NCBI GenBank assembly: GCA_963667925.1
Contig: OY764080.1
Coordinates: forward strand, 85,990 to 149,989
DNA: 64,000 nt
Origin: Chloroflexota bacterium
GTDB lineage: Bacteria; Chloroflexota; UBA11872
Direction of reading: 5' to 3'
Position numbers and translations under genes: made by a program. Below the pieces are notes generated by a model. That model saw only the letters and a program-made list of their open reading frames with translations, ran no database searches and was not told where the DNA came from. Positions 35,357-44,458 of this stretch are shown in pieces; positions within the stretch are counted from its first letter, which is position 1; each line of letters begins with the position of its first letter.

Positions 35357-36894
35357 GGCGTGCTCACGGGACGCAGAGTTGCGAGGACATCGGCTGAGCG
35401 GAGGCCTCTTGCCTCGATGTCCACGGCCCAAAGAGGCCGCTGTACTGGCCATTTGCCGGCGGCCAACGGACTCGTTGGTGATGCGTCCGTTGGTAGACCG
35501 GCCTGCCGGCCAAGCGATTCCCGGTACCAGTCGAACTGCCAGAGGCGGCGATCGAGGACCGTCACGTCGGTCCGTCCGCCGGGTGCGTAACGCGTATACC
35601 AGAGGGGAAATGTCGCGCGGTCGTCCTCGGTGACCAGCACACTGCCGGGCTCGGCCTGAGCAATAGCCGCGTGTGCGAACGCCTCGGCGTGCGTGGCGTC
35701 GCGCATGGAGACTTCAGGGGCAAGCTCGGTGCCGCGAATGACTGCCGTGGTGATCAGCAGTGTCGGGAGGATTGCGGCAACAAGACGACCGATGCCAGCC
35801 CCGGCCGCGGTAGTCAGTCGTGCGACCTCATCGACGCCCACCAGTGACCACACGGCAGCCACAGACAGCACTGGCAGGATGAGCACCTCGTCGTCGCGCG
35901 AGTTGTAGAGGGCGCCTACGGCCAGCGCGCTTACCGCCAGCCACGCCGTAGCGAGCGCGACAGGCCCATGTCGCCTGGTTAGGGCCGCGCCGCCAGCCGC
36001 CAGTAACGGCAGCAGGAACCACGTCAGTTGGCGTACGGGTTCGCCAAGCAGCCAGACCGCCTTTGACGCCGCTGACCCGATATCACTTGCGCCCAGGCGG
36101 GAGCGGTAGATCTCGCCGCTGACGACCGACCAGAACCGCTCGGGACTCGTTGGGTCGCCCCAGTTGATCGGCGGGTCAAGCGCCGCCGCGACTGGCAGAT
36201 AAACGAAGACCGCGCAGCCCGCGGCAATGCCAGCAGCCGCCATCGCCGCCGTCCGCCAGCACTGACGGGACCGCCGACGTCCCAGAAGCAGGATGGCCGC
36301 CAATGCTGGCCCACCCAGTAATACGGTGACGTGTGCGCCGATCCCGAGGCCAAGCAGGACTCCAGACGCAGCCGCCCACCTGGACCCGTAGTGACCGGCG
36401 CCGTCGCCAGCCCGCGCACGCAGCGCAGCGTAAACCGAACTCCAGAGCAGCAGGCTGGTGAGCGCGTAGACCTCTAAGACGATTGCGTTCGACCAGACCA
36501 GCGGGGCAAATCCGTAGACGGTCAATACGGCGGCTCCCGCTGCCGCTCTGGGCAAGGGCATCGGCACACCGGCCGTGGGACGAAGCCGCGCGGCCAGCAA
36601 TCCGAGCGGAATCAGCGATGCCGCCGCCGCGAGCGCGGTCAGGACATTCAGCCGTAGCGCCAGGTCGCCCAACGGGATTGCGCGCGCGGCTAGTCCAATC
36701 AGCATCAGCGTCGGGTAGCCGGTGGGATGCGGCACGCCGCCCACTGCCACCGCAGCCGCCAGATCGCCGCTGTCAATCCCCGCTCCAGACCACACTACCC
36801 CTGGCGCCAGGGTCAGCAGGTAGGCAGCCAGCACACCCGAGGACGCGCCGAGCCCGACGGCGGCGCCCACGTATCGGTCGGTAATACGCGGCAC
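35353..36894 (-). CDS. DUF2723 membrane glycosyltransferase (GT-C, TMEM260-like protein O-mannosyltransferase family)
   Basis: 'TLAPGV....DSGDL......GVPHPTGYP', 'WSNAIVLEVY', 'INWGDP' and 'DRATFPLWY'; many TM helices. Confidence 0.85.
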   Translation of the reverse strand: MPRITDRYVGAAVGLGASSGVLAAYLLTLAPGVVWSGAGIDSGDLAAAVAVGGVPHPTGYPTLMLIGLAARAIPLGDLALRLNVLTALAAAASLIPLGLLAARLRPTAGVPMPLPRAAAGAAVLTVYGFAPLVWSNAIVLEVYALTSLLLWSSVYAALRARAGDGAGHYGSRWAAASGVLLGLGIGAHVTVLLGGPALAAILLLGRRRSRQCWRTAAMAAAGIAAGCAVFVYLPVAAALDPPINWGDPTSPERFWSVVSGEIYRSRLGASDIGSAASKAVWLLGEPVRQLTWFLLPLLAAGGAALTRRHGPVALATAWLAVSALAVGALYNSRDDEVLILPVLSVAAVWSLVGVDEVARLTTAAGAGIGRLVAAILPTLLITTAVIRGTELAPEVSMRDATHAEAFAHAAIAQAEPGSVLVTEDDRATFPLWYTRYAPGGRTDVTVLDRRLWQFDWYRESLGRQAGLPTDASPTSPLAAGKWPVQRPLWAVDIEARGLRSADVLATLRPVSTP

Positions 36895-36906
36895 GCTAGG
36901 GAGGAC

Positions 36907-38721
36907 CTAGGTCAATGCCCGGCGACGAAAAACCCGGCCCAGGTGTGTGAGGTCTGAGCGGGCGTCCGGCACTTCAAGCAATGAGATTCCGGCAAACATG
37001 GTGAAGATTGGGTCGGGGATGCCGTGGTCCGCGAAGACGAACCAGCGTTCAACGCCCAACTGCTGGCCGCGCGCTTCCAGCCAGTCCAGCGCCTCGCCCA
37101 GAAAGGTCTCAATCAGGTCTGCGCGGAAGCGGCCCGCAGGGGCGACCAGTTGCTCGCCGGCAGCCCCGATCTCGATGCGCCAGTCGTCGAAGCCCCAGAT
37201 GATGGCGAACTCGGTCAGCCAGATGGGGCGGCCGCGGTGGGCCGGAATCGCATCCAGGTAAGCCCGCAGACCCTCCAACTGCACTTGCATGACGGAGGCG
37301 TCGGTCATCGGCGGATCGATCCAGTCAATCTCGTAAGCGTGGATGCCCCAGATGTCGATCGGCGGCTCTGTGCCTCGCAATTCCCGGTAGGCCGCTCGGA
37401 ATGCGTCGATCCACTCCCTTCCGGCCAGGTCCGTGCCGGCGCAGCCACGGCAGCGGAAGTCGAAATTGAGCGTGTTGGGGGCGACAATGCGGGCGGTTGG
37501 GTCGCCTGACCGAATGGACCGGACGACCCGGTCAAAGAAGGCCGCATAGGCGCGCGGACTCAGGTTGTCCTGGAGGCCGGTGTTGGGCTCATTGCCAATC
37601 GCCCAGGCCGCGCCCGGATGCCGATTGGCCTGCGCTCGCAACTCGGCGGCTGAGGGTTCGTTGGCCGGCCGCACCACAGCCAACTTGTCGGTCCCCGGCG
37701 GGACGTCGTCCAGGTTAGCGGTGTAGTCCAGGAAGCTGTGGGCGCCGGTTCTTCTAAGGACATTCCGCACGCCCCCTGCAACGTGCTGGTGCAGAGAAAT
37801 GACGCCGTAGCGAGGGTCGCCCGCCAGCGGCCAGTCCGCTGATTCGTTCGCTGACCTGAAGGCATGCGTGAGGTCAGTGCCTCGGAGTGCGGCGGGGCGC
37901 CGTGTGTCCAGCGGCCGGCCGGGTGCGTATTGCCGGAGCAGGGGGTTGGCGAAGGCAGCTGCGGCCAAGCTCGGGCTCAGACGGTCTCCGGTAATGAGCG
38001 ACTTGAGATGGTCGCCCAACAGCAGCCCACCGGTGGAGCCTGTGGAGGCGTCAAAGTGCATCACGCCCCGCTGGAATCGCTGATAGATGAAGCTGGTATT
38101 GGCCGGATCGGGTTGCGGGCGGCTTAGCGGCAGTCCCCAGATTTCCAGCGCCGCGAGTTCGCGTAGATGCGCTGGAGTATCGGCCGGCGCGGCCGCCAGG
38201 TACTCCCGCAGGAAGCCCACATTGTCTTCTTGCCAGCGATCCGGGACGTTCTTTCGAACAAAGGCGCGAACGGCCTGGGCGTAATTCGTCGAGCCCACTT
38301 TCGGTGCGCCCGCAAGCAGGTCGTTGTCGACTGCCGGAATGGTCAGGCCGCCGAAGTTGCGATAGTCCAGGTACGGCGCCTGCAGGATGTTCAGGCCGCG
38401 CGGCGAGCCGTTCGGTCCGATCTGAATGACCTGACGCTGAAAGAACTGAACGTCGAGCCCGTAGAGTCTAAAGACGTTGCTAATCGGGAACCCAAGGGTC
38501 TCCACGCCGCCGCGTGTCTCGAAGTAGCTGCGGATCTCGGGATTCCAGACCCCGAATCCTGTTTCAGAGAAGTAGAACGCGTCGGACCCGTCGGCTCGGG
38601 CAGAGTCTGTTGGCAAGACGGCCACCAGCGCCATCGCGATAATCAAGGTCATCCATGCCCGCCACTGACGTCCCCATTCGCGGCGGCTACACGGAGCAGC
38701 CGGACGTCTGCTGCCTATCAC
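36907..38721 (-). CDS. Exported protein: Chloroflexota-type surface module plus clan GH-A glycoside hydrolase domain
   Basis: Signal peptide; 'YFSETGF...YFETRGGVETLGFPIS...QFFQR'; catalytic-like 'WAIGNEPN' and 'IWLTEF'. Confidence 0.75.
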   Translation of the reverse strand: MIGSRRPAAPCSRREWGRQWRAWMTLIIAMALVAVLPTDSARADGSDAFYFSETGFGVWNPEIRSYFETRGGVETLGFPISNVFRLYGLDVQFFQRQVIQIGPNGSPRGLNILQAPYLDYRNFGGLTIPAVDNDLLAGAPKVGSTNYAQAVRAFVRKNVPDRWQEDNVGFLREYLAAAPADTPAHLRELAALEIWGLPLSRPQPDPANTSFIYQRFQRGVMHFDASTGSTGGLLLGDHLKSLITGDRLSPSLAAAAFANPLLRQYAPGRPLDTRRPAALRGTDLTHAFRSANESADWPLAGDPRYGVISLHQHVAGGVRNVLRRTGAHSFLDYTANLDDVPPGTDKLAVVRPANEPSAAELRAQANRHPGAAWAIGNEPNTGLQDNLSPRAYAAFFDRVVRSIRSGDPTARIVAPNTLNFDFRCRGCAGTDLAGREWIDAFRAAYRELRGTEPPIDIWGIHAYEIDWIDPPMTDASVMQVQLEGLRAYLDAIPAHRGRPIWLTEFAIIWGFDDWRIEIGAAGEQLVAPAGRFRADLIETFLGEALDWLEARGQQLGVERWFVFADHGIPDPIFTMFAGISLLEVPDARSDLTHLGRVFRRRALT

Positions 38722-39884
38722 GAACCAACCCCAACCTGGCGGTTGGCCGCCAGCATGGCGAAGAATTCTCGACCGATCGGTCGGATCGTGACTTCACCTG
38801 TGGCGTCGTTCATCCGGAGCTTCAGATACTGGAAATACTGATCGGTGTAGCCAGGCGCCGCAGCCTGCGACTCCGTGATTGGATAACCGAGCACGTTGGC
38901 CCCGCCCAGTGAAAGAAACCGATCGAGGAACGGGCCACTTACGTTGTGTCCGGTCTGTGGGAAATATCGTCCCTCGCCTGAGTTGGCCACCGGAGGATCA
39001 GGGCCGACGTAGGCTCCGTTCTCTCCGCGAATCCAGTGCGTGGCGAGCACGGGCTGAATCTCGTAGCCAGTTCCGGCCAGTTCCGGGTGATAGCCCAGCA
39101 CACCATTGGTGCAGATCTGGATGTATAACCCGGAACCCGTTGGCGCCTCGATGATTGTTCCGACCGGACTTACCGAGGCAAAGAACCCCTCCGTAAGGCA
39201 TGGTCCCCAGGTAGCCCTTCCACCGGTCGTCGCGTAGAAGTCGGCAAGCTCGGGAATCACCGGTTTGGCGGGCGTTCCCACGACGAACGCGCCGGGCTCT
39301 GTAAACACGAACTCCACGCATGCCTGGAAGCGGTTCATTTCAGCCTTGATCAGGCGACCCGGGTTTACGACCAGCGAATCCAGGTCTATCCCGGGCGGCT
39401 GCATGACAGTCGGCAGGCAGAGTCTCGCGAGCTGCGCGCGTGTGAGCGATCGCGGCAGCGTGCCGCGGCCCGTGGCGCCAATCTCAATTTCAACGCCGAT
39501 CAGCGGTTGCCCACCCTGCGTCGCCTCGATGAATTGATCGGCGGCCGAGGGAGTCGACTGTGGCAGACGCCGGAGAGTCGGAGTCGACTCTAGCGTCGAG
39601 ACGTCAAAAATCCGTGCAGCGGATCCCGAGCGTTCGAAGTTTTCATCGTGGCCCGCGAATGGTCCGACGGACACCACGATGTCGCCCGGAGGCGGCGCTG
39701 GTGAGGGGGGCGGCGGGGTGAGCGCGGGCCCGGTTTGACCGATCGCCGCTTCGGGCCTAGACGTGAGGAGCATCGCCGCGACGCCCAGCGCTATCGCAAT
39801 TGTGATCCATCCGGCAAGCGCAGAGATGTCACGCAACGGAATCTCGGCCTGCCGCGAGTCGTCGCTCGTTGCGCTACGGCGCAT
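38718..39884 (-). CDS. Exported/membrane-anchored protein with C-terminal 'YFPQTGH' surface module
   Basis: TM/signal segment, poly-Pro linker and 'RYFPQTGHNVSGPFLDRF...GGANVLGYPITE...QYFQ'. Start uncertain; the ORF is open to 40004. Confidence 0.7.
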   Translation of the reverse strand: MRRSATSDDSRQAEIPLRDISALAGWITIAIALGVAAMLLTSRPEAAIGQTGPALTPPPPSPAPPPGDIVVSVGPFAGHDENFERSGSAARIFDVSTLESTPTLRRLPQSTPSAADQFIEATQGGQPLIGVEIEIGATGRGTLPRSLTRAQLARLCLPTVMQPPGIDLDSLVVNPGRLIKAEMNRFQACVEFVFTEPGAFVVGTPAKPVIPELADFYATTGGRATWGPCLTEGFFASVSPVGTIIEAPTGSGLYIQICTNGVLGYHPELAGTGYEIQPVLATHWIRGENGAYVGPDPPVANSGEGRYFPQTGHNVSGPFLDRFLSLGGANVLGYPITESQAAAPGYTDQYFQYLKLRMNDATGEVTIRPIGREFFAMLAANRQVGVGS

Positions 39885-40713
39885 GTGACGCTGCTTGTCT
39901 GGGTTCAGGCTGACTGAGCCGCTGGACCAGGGATTGGCCCCAGCCGGGGTCGGATTGACCGCTCCAAACCAGAGCGAGGGTGAGTACGGTCCGCGCACGA
40001 ACAATGGTCCATTGCTCGACGACGGTCTTGGTTATGCTTCCGTCGAGGGCAACGAACCAGCCGTTTTGCCTGAAGTGGGTCGCGGGCGTTTCGGGTGCGA
40101 GGTCTCGACTGGAGGGACGAGATCCTTTCAACGCCGCCTTCAGGCCGAGCGGGATCGGTCTGCCACCGGTCGCCGGCAGGTGCTGGCTCGCGGCAGCGCT
40201 AATCTCCGCAACGAAGCGGGCTGCGGACTCGCCGGTTGGATGGACGGTTAGTCGCGCGACTGCAGCAAGGGGCCCGTCGCGTTCAATCCGTTCGTCGCGC
40301 AGCTTGGCCCTCTCACTGAAGCCGAAGGCAACCAGGGCAGCAGTTGTTGGTCCGTCGTGCCGCTTGCCAGGAATCTGGTTGGACAGATTGGTAAACAGCT
40401 CGAAGTAGTTTGGGCCCAAGTCTTCGGCGACAGGGAGTCGCAACGGGACTGCGGATGTGGTGTCGGGCGCGAACATCGAGTCGTCTGCTGCGGGCGATGG
40501 CTCACTTCGTCTCGCGTGAGAGGGGGCCGTCGGAGGCACCAGTCCTGTCGGGCGCTGGGAGAGGGTGCGCTGCGGAGCCGCCGTCGTAGTCTCCAAAGCC
40601 GCAGCCATCGTCGGGCTGAGTGGCGGACTGGGCGTTGTTGAAGCACACGCCGTCAGCAGCGCGAGTGCGCCCGCGGTGACGAGGAGGCGGCGGAGGTGAA
40701 TCCACTGGATCAT
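39874..40713 (-). CDS. Hypothetical lipoprotein
   Basis: Lipobox 'LLTA-C' followed by an S/T/P-rich linker; start overlaps the upstream stop. Confidence 0.65.
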   Translation of the reverse strand: MIQWIHLRRLLVTAGALALLTACASTTPSPPLSPTMAAALETTTAAPQRTLSQRPTGLVPPTAPSHARRSEPSPAADDSMFAPDTTSAVPLRLPVAEDLGPNYFELFTNLSNQIPGKRHDGPTTAALVAFGFSERAKLRDERIERDGPLAAVARLTVHPTGESAARFVAEISAAASQHLPATGGRPIPLGLKAALKGSRPSSRDLAPETPATHFRQNGWFVALDGSITKTVVEQWTIVRARTVLTLALVWSGQSDPGWGQSLVQRLSQPEPRQAASHAP

Positions 40714-42536
40714 TGGTGCGGGCTCCTGAGCGTCAGGTCGGTTTCCAAGCGTCCGTCGAAGATCAGCCGCTGCGGGATCTCAATCACGACTCGGTGCCCA
40801 TCGGTTCCCGGCTGTTTGAAAACCTGTAGCGCGTAGCCGTTGGCGCTCCATCGGGCTGGCAGGCGCGGGGGGAGCCAGTACTGGATCGCCACGCGCTGCC
40901 GTGCGCCGGCGGGAAGCTCCAGAAAGCCAGCAAACTCGGTTAGCCCATCAACCTGGCGTGCCGGCTGCGCATCGATGAGCCCCGCTATCCACGAGAGCCG
41001 GCTCCCGGCCGGGACGTACACCCGCAAGTAGTCCGCCAGGCGGCCATCGGGGTCGGTGCGCGAATTGTTGTTGACGTAGTCAATCGTCAGCGTCGCCCGA
41101 CCAGTGTTGGGTTCCAGGTGATAGCTGATGGTCTGGTCGATCGATCGGAACGGCGCGCCGTGGACCACCTGCGCGTCCACGAGGTAGAGCAGGTCGTCCG
41201 GTGTCGTCGGCACGCGTCCGCCGGCGCCAACGTGCTCCGCCAGGCTTTGCAGGTCGGCGTTCTCGAACGCGGCGAGCAGGTGCTTCTCGGCAACCATCGC
41301 CTGGACGGCGCCAATGACCGCCCGCGGATCAGTCCGAAGGCGTTCGGTAGTCGCCTTCACCAGGGTGCTGGTCAGCGCGGCATAGAACGGTCGCGAACTG
41401 AACCAAGCACGCCGGTCGCCGGTGGAGTGGGCAAAGTGTTCCAGCACCGTGTAGGCGTTGGCCGTGGTCACGCGCACGTCGTGGCCCGGAACCTCAATCG
41501 GGCCAATGGCGGCCAGCAGGATGCCGAGCGCCTGCTGGTCGAAAGCAAGCACGCCGTCCACCGGCTCCACGCCGTTCAGCGCCAGGAACCGTTGGATCTC
41601 GTCGGCGGAAGTCCGAAAGTCCGGATACCAGTTGGCGTCGCGCAGATTCCAATCGCGCATGTCCTGGTAGCGGCGAAAGGGCGGCGGCGCAGGGACTCGA
41701 GGCCGGGTCGGGTCCTCGACCAGGTAGCTGCGCAAATACGTCAGGTCGCGCGCTTCGCCGTCCGCGAGCGTCACGAACGCGACGTTGCCGATGAAGCCGC
41801 CGGTCGGCCGCAGTTCGTCGCTCTTTTGCGCCAGCAACAAGTAGCGCTGCGGCGTTGGCGATCCGAGCGCACTTGGACCCAAAAGAGCGGCCTGGAGCGC
41901 GATGCGCTGGGTCTCAATCGCCTCCTGAAGCGCCGCCGTCCACTGCTCGTCGAGGAGACTGCCCGCGGCAATGGACATGGCGTCCAGTCGCCGGCTGGCG
42001 CGCTCGACGTTGGCGAGTTGATATCGAATCGTCTCGCGCTCGGCGTTGAGGGCGGCAACCAGCGCTGGAAGCGGCTCGTTCGACGAGTCGCCTCCGCTCG
42101 TCAGCCGGTCCACAAGTCCTGCCGCAAGGCGCAACGAGTATGCGGCGGCCGAGCCGAGTTCTGAGTAGATGGCCAACAGGCCGTGGGCTTCCTCAATCCG
42201 GCGCCCGACCGGCGGAATGAGGGACGCAAGCCTCAGCGCGGGTCCGTAGCGGTTCAGTCCGCGCTCAACCTCGGCCAGCCGCGCCGCCGCGGACTCCAGC
42301 GTGTTGCTGCCGGCGCGCAAGTCGGCGATATCGGTGGCGCTGCCGTCGACCTTCCAGCGGACATCGGCAATCGAATCGACGGCGTCCCGGGCTTCCAAGG
42401 TGAGGCGGATGAGGTCGACTGTGGCGAGAGTGAGAAGCAAAAGAGCGGTAGCCATCGTCACCGGCACCAGCCGCGGGTAAAGAGGCGCACCGGTGGCATC
42501 TGCGGCGAGCTCCCGTGCAGGTTTAGGCGGCGCCAC
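40710..42536 (-). CDS. DUF4012 domain protein
   Basis: 'YLLLAQKSDELRPTGGFIG', 'LRDANWYPDF', 'DYLRVYVPAG' and 'KQPGT'. Start uncertain (42536 or 42455). Confidence 0.85.
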   Translation of the reverse strand: MAPPKPARELAADATGAPLYPRLVPVTMATALLLLTLATVDLIRLTLEARDAVDSIADVRWKVDGSATDIADLRAGSNTLESAAARLAEVERGLNRYGPALRLASLIPPVGRRIEEAHGLLAIYSELGSAAAYSLRLAAGLVDRLTSGGDSSNEPLPALVAALNAERETIRYQLANVERASRRLDAMSIAAGSLLDEQWTAALQEAIETQRIALQAALLGPSALGSPTPQRYLLLAQKSDELRPTGGFIGNVAFVTLADGEARDLTYLRSYLVEDPTRPRVPAPPPFRRYQDMRDWNLRDANWYPDFRTSADEIQRFLALNGVEPVDGVLAFDQQALGILLAAIGPIEVPGHDVRVTTANAYTVLEHFAHSTGDRRAWFSSRPFYAALTSTLVKATTERLRTDPRAVIGAVQAMVAEKHLLAAFENADLQSLAEHVGAGGRVPTTPDDLLYLVDAQVVHGAPFRSIDQTISYHLEPNTGRATLTIDYVNNNSRTDPDGRLADYLRVYVPAGSRLSWIAGLIDAQPARQVDGLTEFAGFLELPAGARQRVAIQYWLPPRLPARWSANGYALQVFKQPGTDGHRVVIEIPQRLIFDGRLETDLTLRSPHQ

Positions 42537-43131
42537 GGCGGGAGAGGACGGTGGGGATGGTGCGCAGGAGGATGGCCAGGTCAAGCGCGAGAGATTGCCG
42601 CCGGATATACAGCAGGTCCGTCGCCACCAGCCGGCGAAACGACGCACATCCGCGGGAGGTCACCTGCTGGAGGCCGGTGATTCCGGGTCGAACCGCGAGG
42701 CGACGCTTGGCTCGGGCGTCATAGTGCTGGAACTCGTAGGTGAGCGGCGGTCGCGGTCCCACCAGGCTCATTTCGCCCCTGAGTACGTTTACCAGCTGCG
42801 GGATCTCGTCCAGGCTTGAAGCGCGAAGCAGCCGACCAACGCGGGTTAGGCGCGGGTCATTTCGCAACTTGCCTGAGACCTGGATTCCTCGGACATACTG
42901 GGCGGCGAAAGACTCGTGAGCGGCCGTGGAGACCCCGGCCCGCATAGTTCGGAACTTGTAATACCTGAATCTTCGGCAACCTAGACCATGCACCCAGGCG
43001 CTGTAGAGAACCGGGCCGCGGGAGTCGATCTTGATGAGGCCTGCGATCAGCAGCCAAAGCGGCAGGCCAGCGACCAGCAGGAGTAGCGCGAGGCCTATAT
43101 CCAGCGCGCGTTTGTAACGTTCGTACGGCAC
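42523..43131 (-). CDS. Bacterial sugar transferase (priming polyprenyl-phosphate glycosylphosphotransferase)
   Basis: 'KRALDI', 'KFRTM', '[35 protein letters not shown]' and 'RPGITGL'. Confidence 0.93.
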   Translation of the reverse strand: MPYERYKRALDIGLALLLLVAGLPLWLLIAGLIKIDSRGPVLYSAWVHGLGCRRFRYYKFRTMRAGVSTAAHESFAAQYVRGIQVSGKLRNDPRLTRVGRLLRASSLDEIPQLVNVLRGEMSLVGPRPPLTYEFQHYDARAKRRLAVRPGITGLQQVTSRGCASFRRLVATDLLYIRRQSLALDLAILLRTIPTVLSRRGAA

Positions 43132-43143
43132 TTGCGGGCGGCC

Positions 43144-43396
43144 TGCGGGCGCGGTGGGCTTTCACCGCGGCTCGCACGGGGTGCGGGTTCGGCCACCCGT
43201 ACATCCCTGTTGGATGTTGCCCTGAACCTGTCGGGTCCGAGATCAGTGTCTCACATGCAAGGGGCCGATGCTCAAGACTGACCGGGCATCGAATGTCCCA
43301 AGAGGAACTGGGACCGGGCAGAGTAAGCATGGCCGTCGGCAGGATCCGACGGGATATCGACGACCTAACGTCAACCGGGAGCACCCGGCTGGACGT
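43144..43396. ncRNA. Candidate structured RNA or leader (eight consecutive hairpins); family unknown
   Basis: Back-to-back inverted repeats in a non-coding gap, detailed in the findings. I recognise no known RNA family motif. Confidence 0.35.
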
Positions 43397-43671
43397 CACA
43401 CGCAACGTTAGCAGTGAACGAGGACAGGGTGCCTAGTGTGGATCCAGTGCCAGCCTGCCTATGGTGCTAGCCTGCGGCATCGAATGCGTTTTGGTATGCC
43501 AGTCGTTCTGACCAAGCCATCGATACTTGGCAGTTCGAAGTTTCATAGTCCCGGGCGTTGTTTGTATGCGCTCATAGCAGACTGCAAGCAAACTTCGGTT
43601 GCGCGTCAGATTTCAATGCTGCAAGCTTATGTCGTGTTCGAGTTTTCGTATCGTCGCTAGGAGGACGATTG

Positions 43672-43935
43672 ATGAAGCTTAAGGAAGTCGTGGCAGGTGG
43701 CGAATGGGCGAGCCGCCCGCAGCGGATGCGGCGTGTGAGCCCTGAGATCAGGGAGATAGTTCGTGCTGCCGGACGTAGCAAGGCCGGTCAATGGGTCGTC
43801 GTGAGCCTGACCGATGACGAAAAGAAGCGTCAGCCGACGCTGCGCGGTCGAATTCAGGCCGCCGCCGTCCAAGCCGGGTTCAAAGTGAAATTCGAGATGC
43901 GCAACGGCGACCTCGGAGTTCAGAAGGAGAGCTAG
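43672..43935 (+). CDS. Small basic hypothetical protein (87 aa), possibly nucleic-acid binding
   Basis: AGGAGG RBS at 43659-64; K/R-rich alpha/beta sequence; has its own terminator. Confidence 0.75.
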   Translation: MKLKEVVAGGEWASRPQRMRRVSPEIREIVRAAGRSKAGQWVVVSLTDDEKKRQPTLRGRIQAAAVQAGFKVKFEMRNGDLGVQKES

Positions 43936-43946
43936 TCGCTCATTCC

Positions 43947-43990
43947 GATGGCAAAAGGTCGCGCCTAGAGCGCGACCTTTTGCCATCTTT
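43947..43990. terminator. Bidirectional intrinsic terminator
   Basis: Perfect 18-bp stem GATGGCAAAAGGTCGCGC/GCGCGACCTTTTGCCATC with a 5-nt loop and A/T tracts in both arms, between convergent genes. Confidence 0.88.
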
Positions 43991-44011
43991 GCGAATTACC
44001 GACGAGTAGCT

Positions 44012-44458
44012 TCAGGCATCCCGCCAGAGTTTGCCCATGGTCCGCACGCGCGCAAGTCGCGAATCATCGAACGCAGGCAGTTCAAAACCTAGAGGTTGCG
44101 GTGGGCTGTCAATGCCAAGAGATGCCTGGACGTCAGGCCTTGTGTAGTACGCGTTGTATGTCTGCTTCACAAGCTCAGAAAACGGCTGGGGATTCGAACT
44201 CTCTACCTGGCGAAGTACTTTCACACGCCCGCTCGTATCCAGCTCAGAGAAGGATGTCTCTCCGGCAGAGACTTCAATTACGCGCAGTACGGTCAGAATT
44301 AGCCGTCGCAGCTGCGGCTGCTCGGCGAGGTAAGCGTCAACAGTCAGGGCCGCACCCAGTGTCCCGGCCGCTGGAAGGTCGCCGTACGCTGGAATCAGCT
44401 CATCCTGGACCACTGTCAGCAGCGCCGACTCCGCCGGGGTAAGGACGCGCATTGTCAT
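44012..44458 (-). CDS. Gluconate 2-dehydrogenase subunit 3-like protein
   Basis: 'LTAVQDELIP'-type start (LLTVVQDELIP..GDLPAAG), 'FSEL' and 'YNAYYTRPDV...LG'; translationally coupled to the GMC gene. Confidence 0.75.
   Translation of the reverse strand: MTMRVLTPAESALLTVVQDELIPAYGDLPAAGTLGAALTVDAYLAEQPQLRRLILTVLRVIEVSAGETSFSELDTSGRVKVLRQVESSNPQPFSELVKQTYNAYYTRPDVQASLGIDSPPQPLGFELPAFDDSRLARVRTMGKLWRDA

Noticed and set aside
43261-43400. GGGGCCGA start resembling tmRNA, and GAGGAA / ACCCGGCT fragments resembling RNase P RNA
   Set aside because: There is no tRNA-like 3' end or tag ORF, and no GAGGAAAGUCC motif or correct spacing for RNase P. I kept the region only as an unknown structured-RNA candidate.
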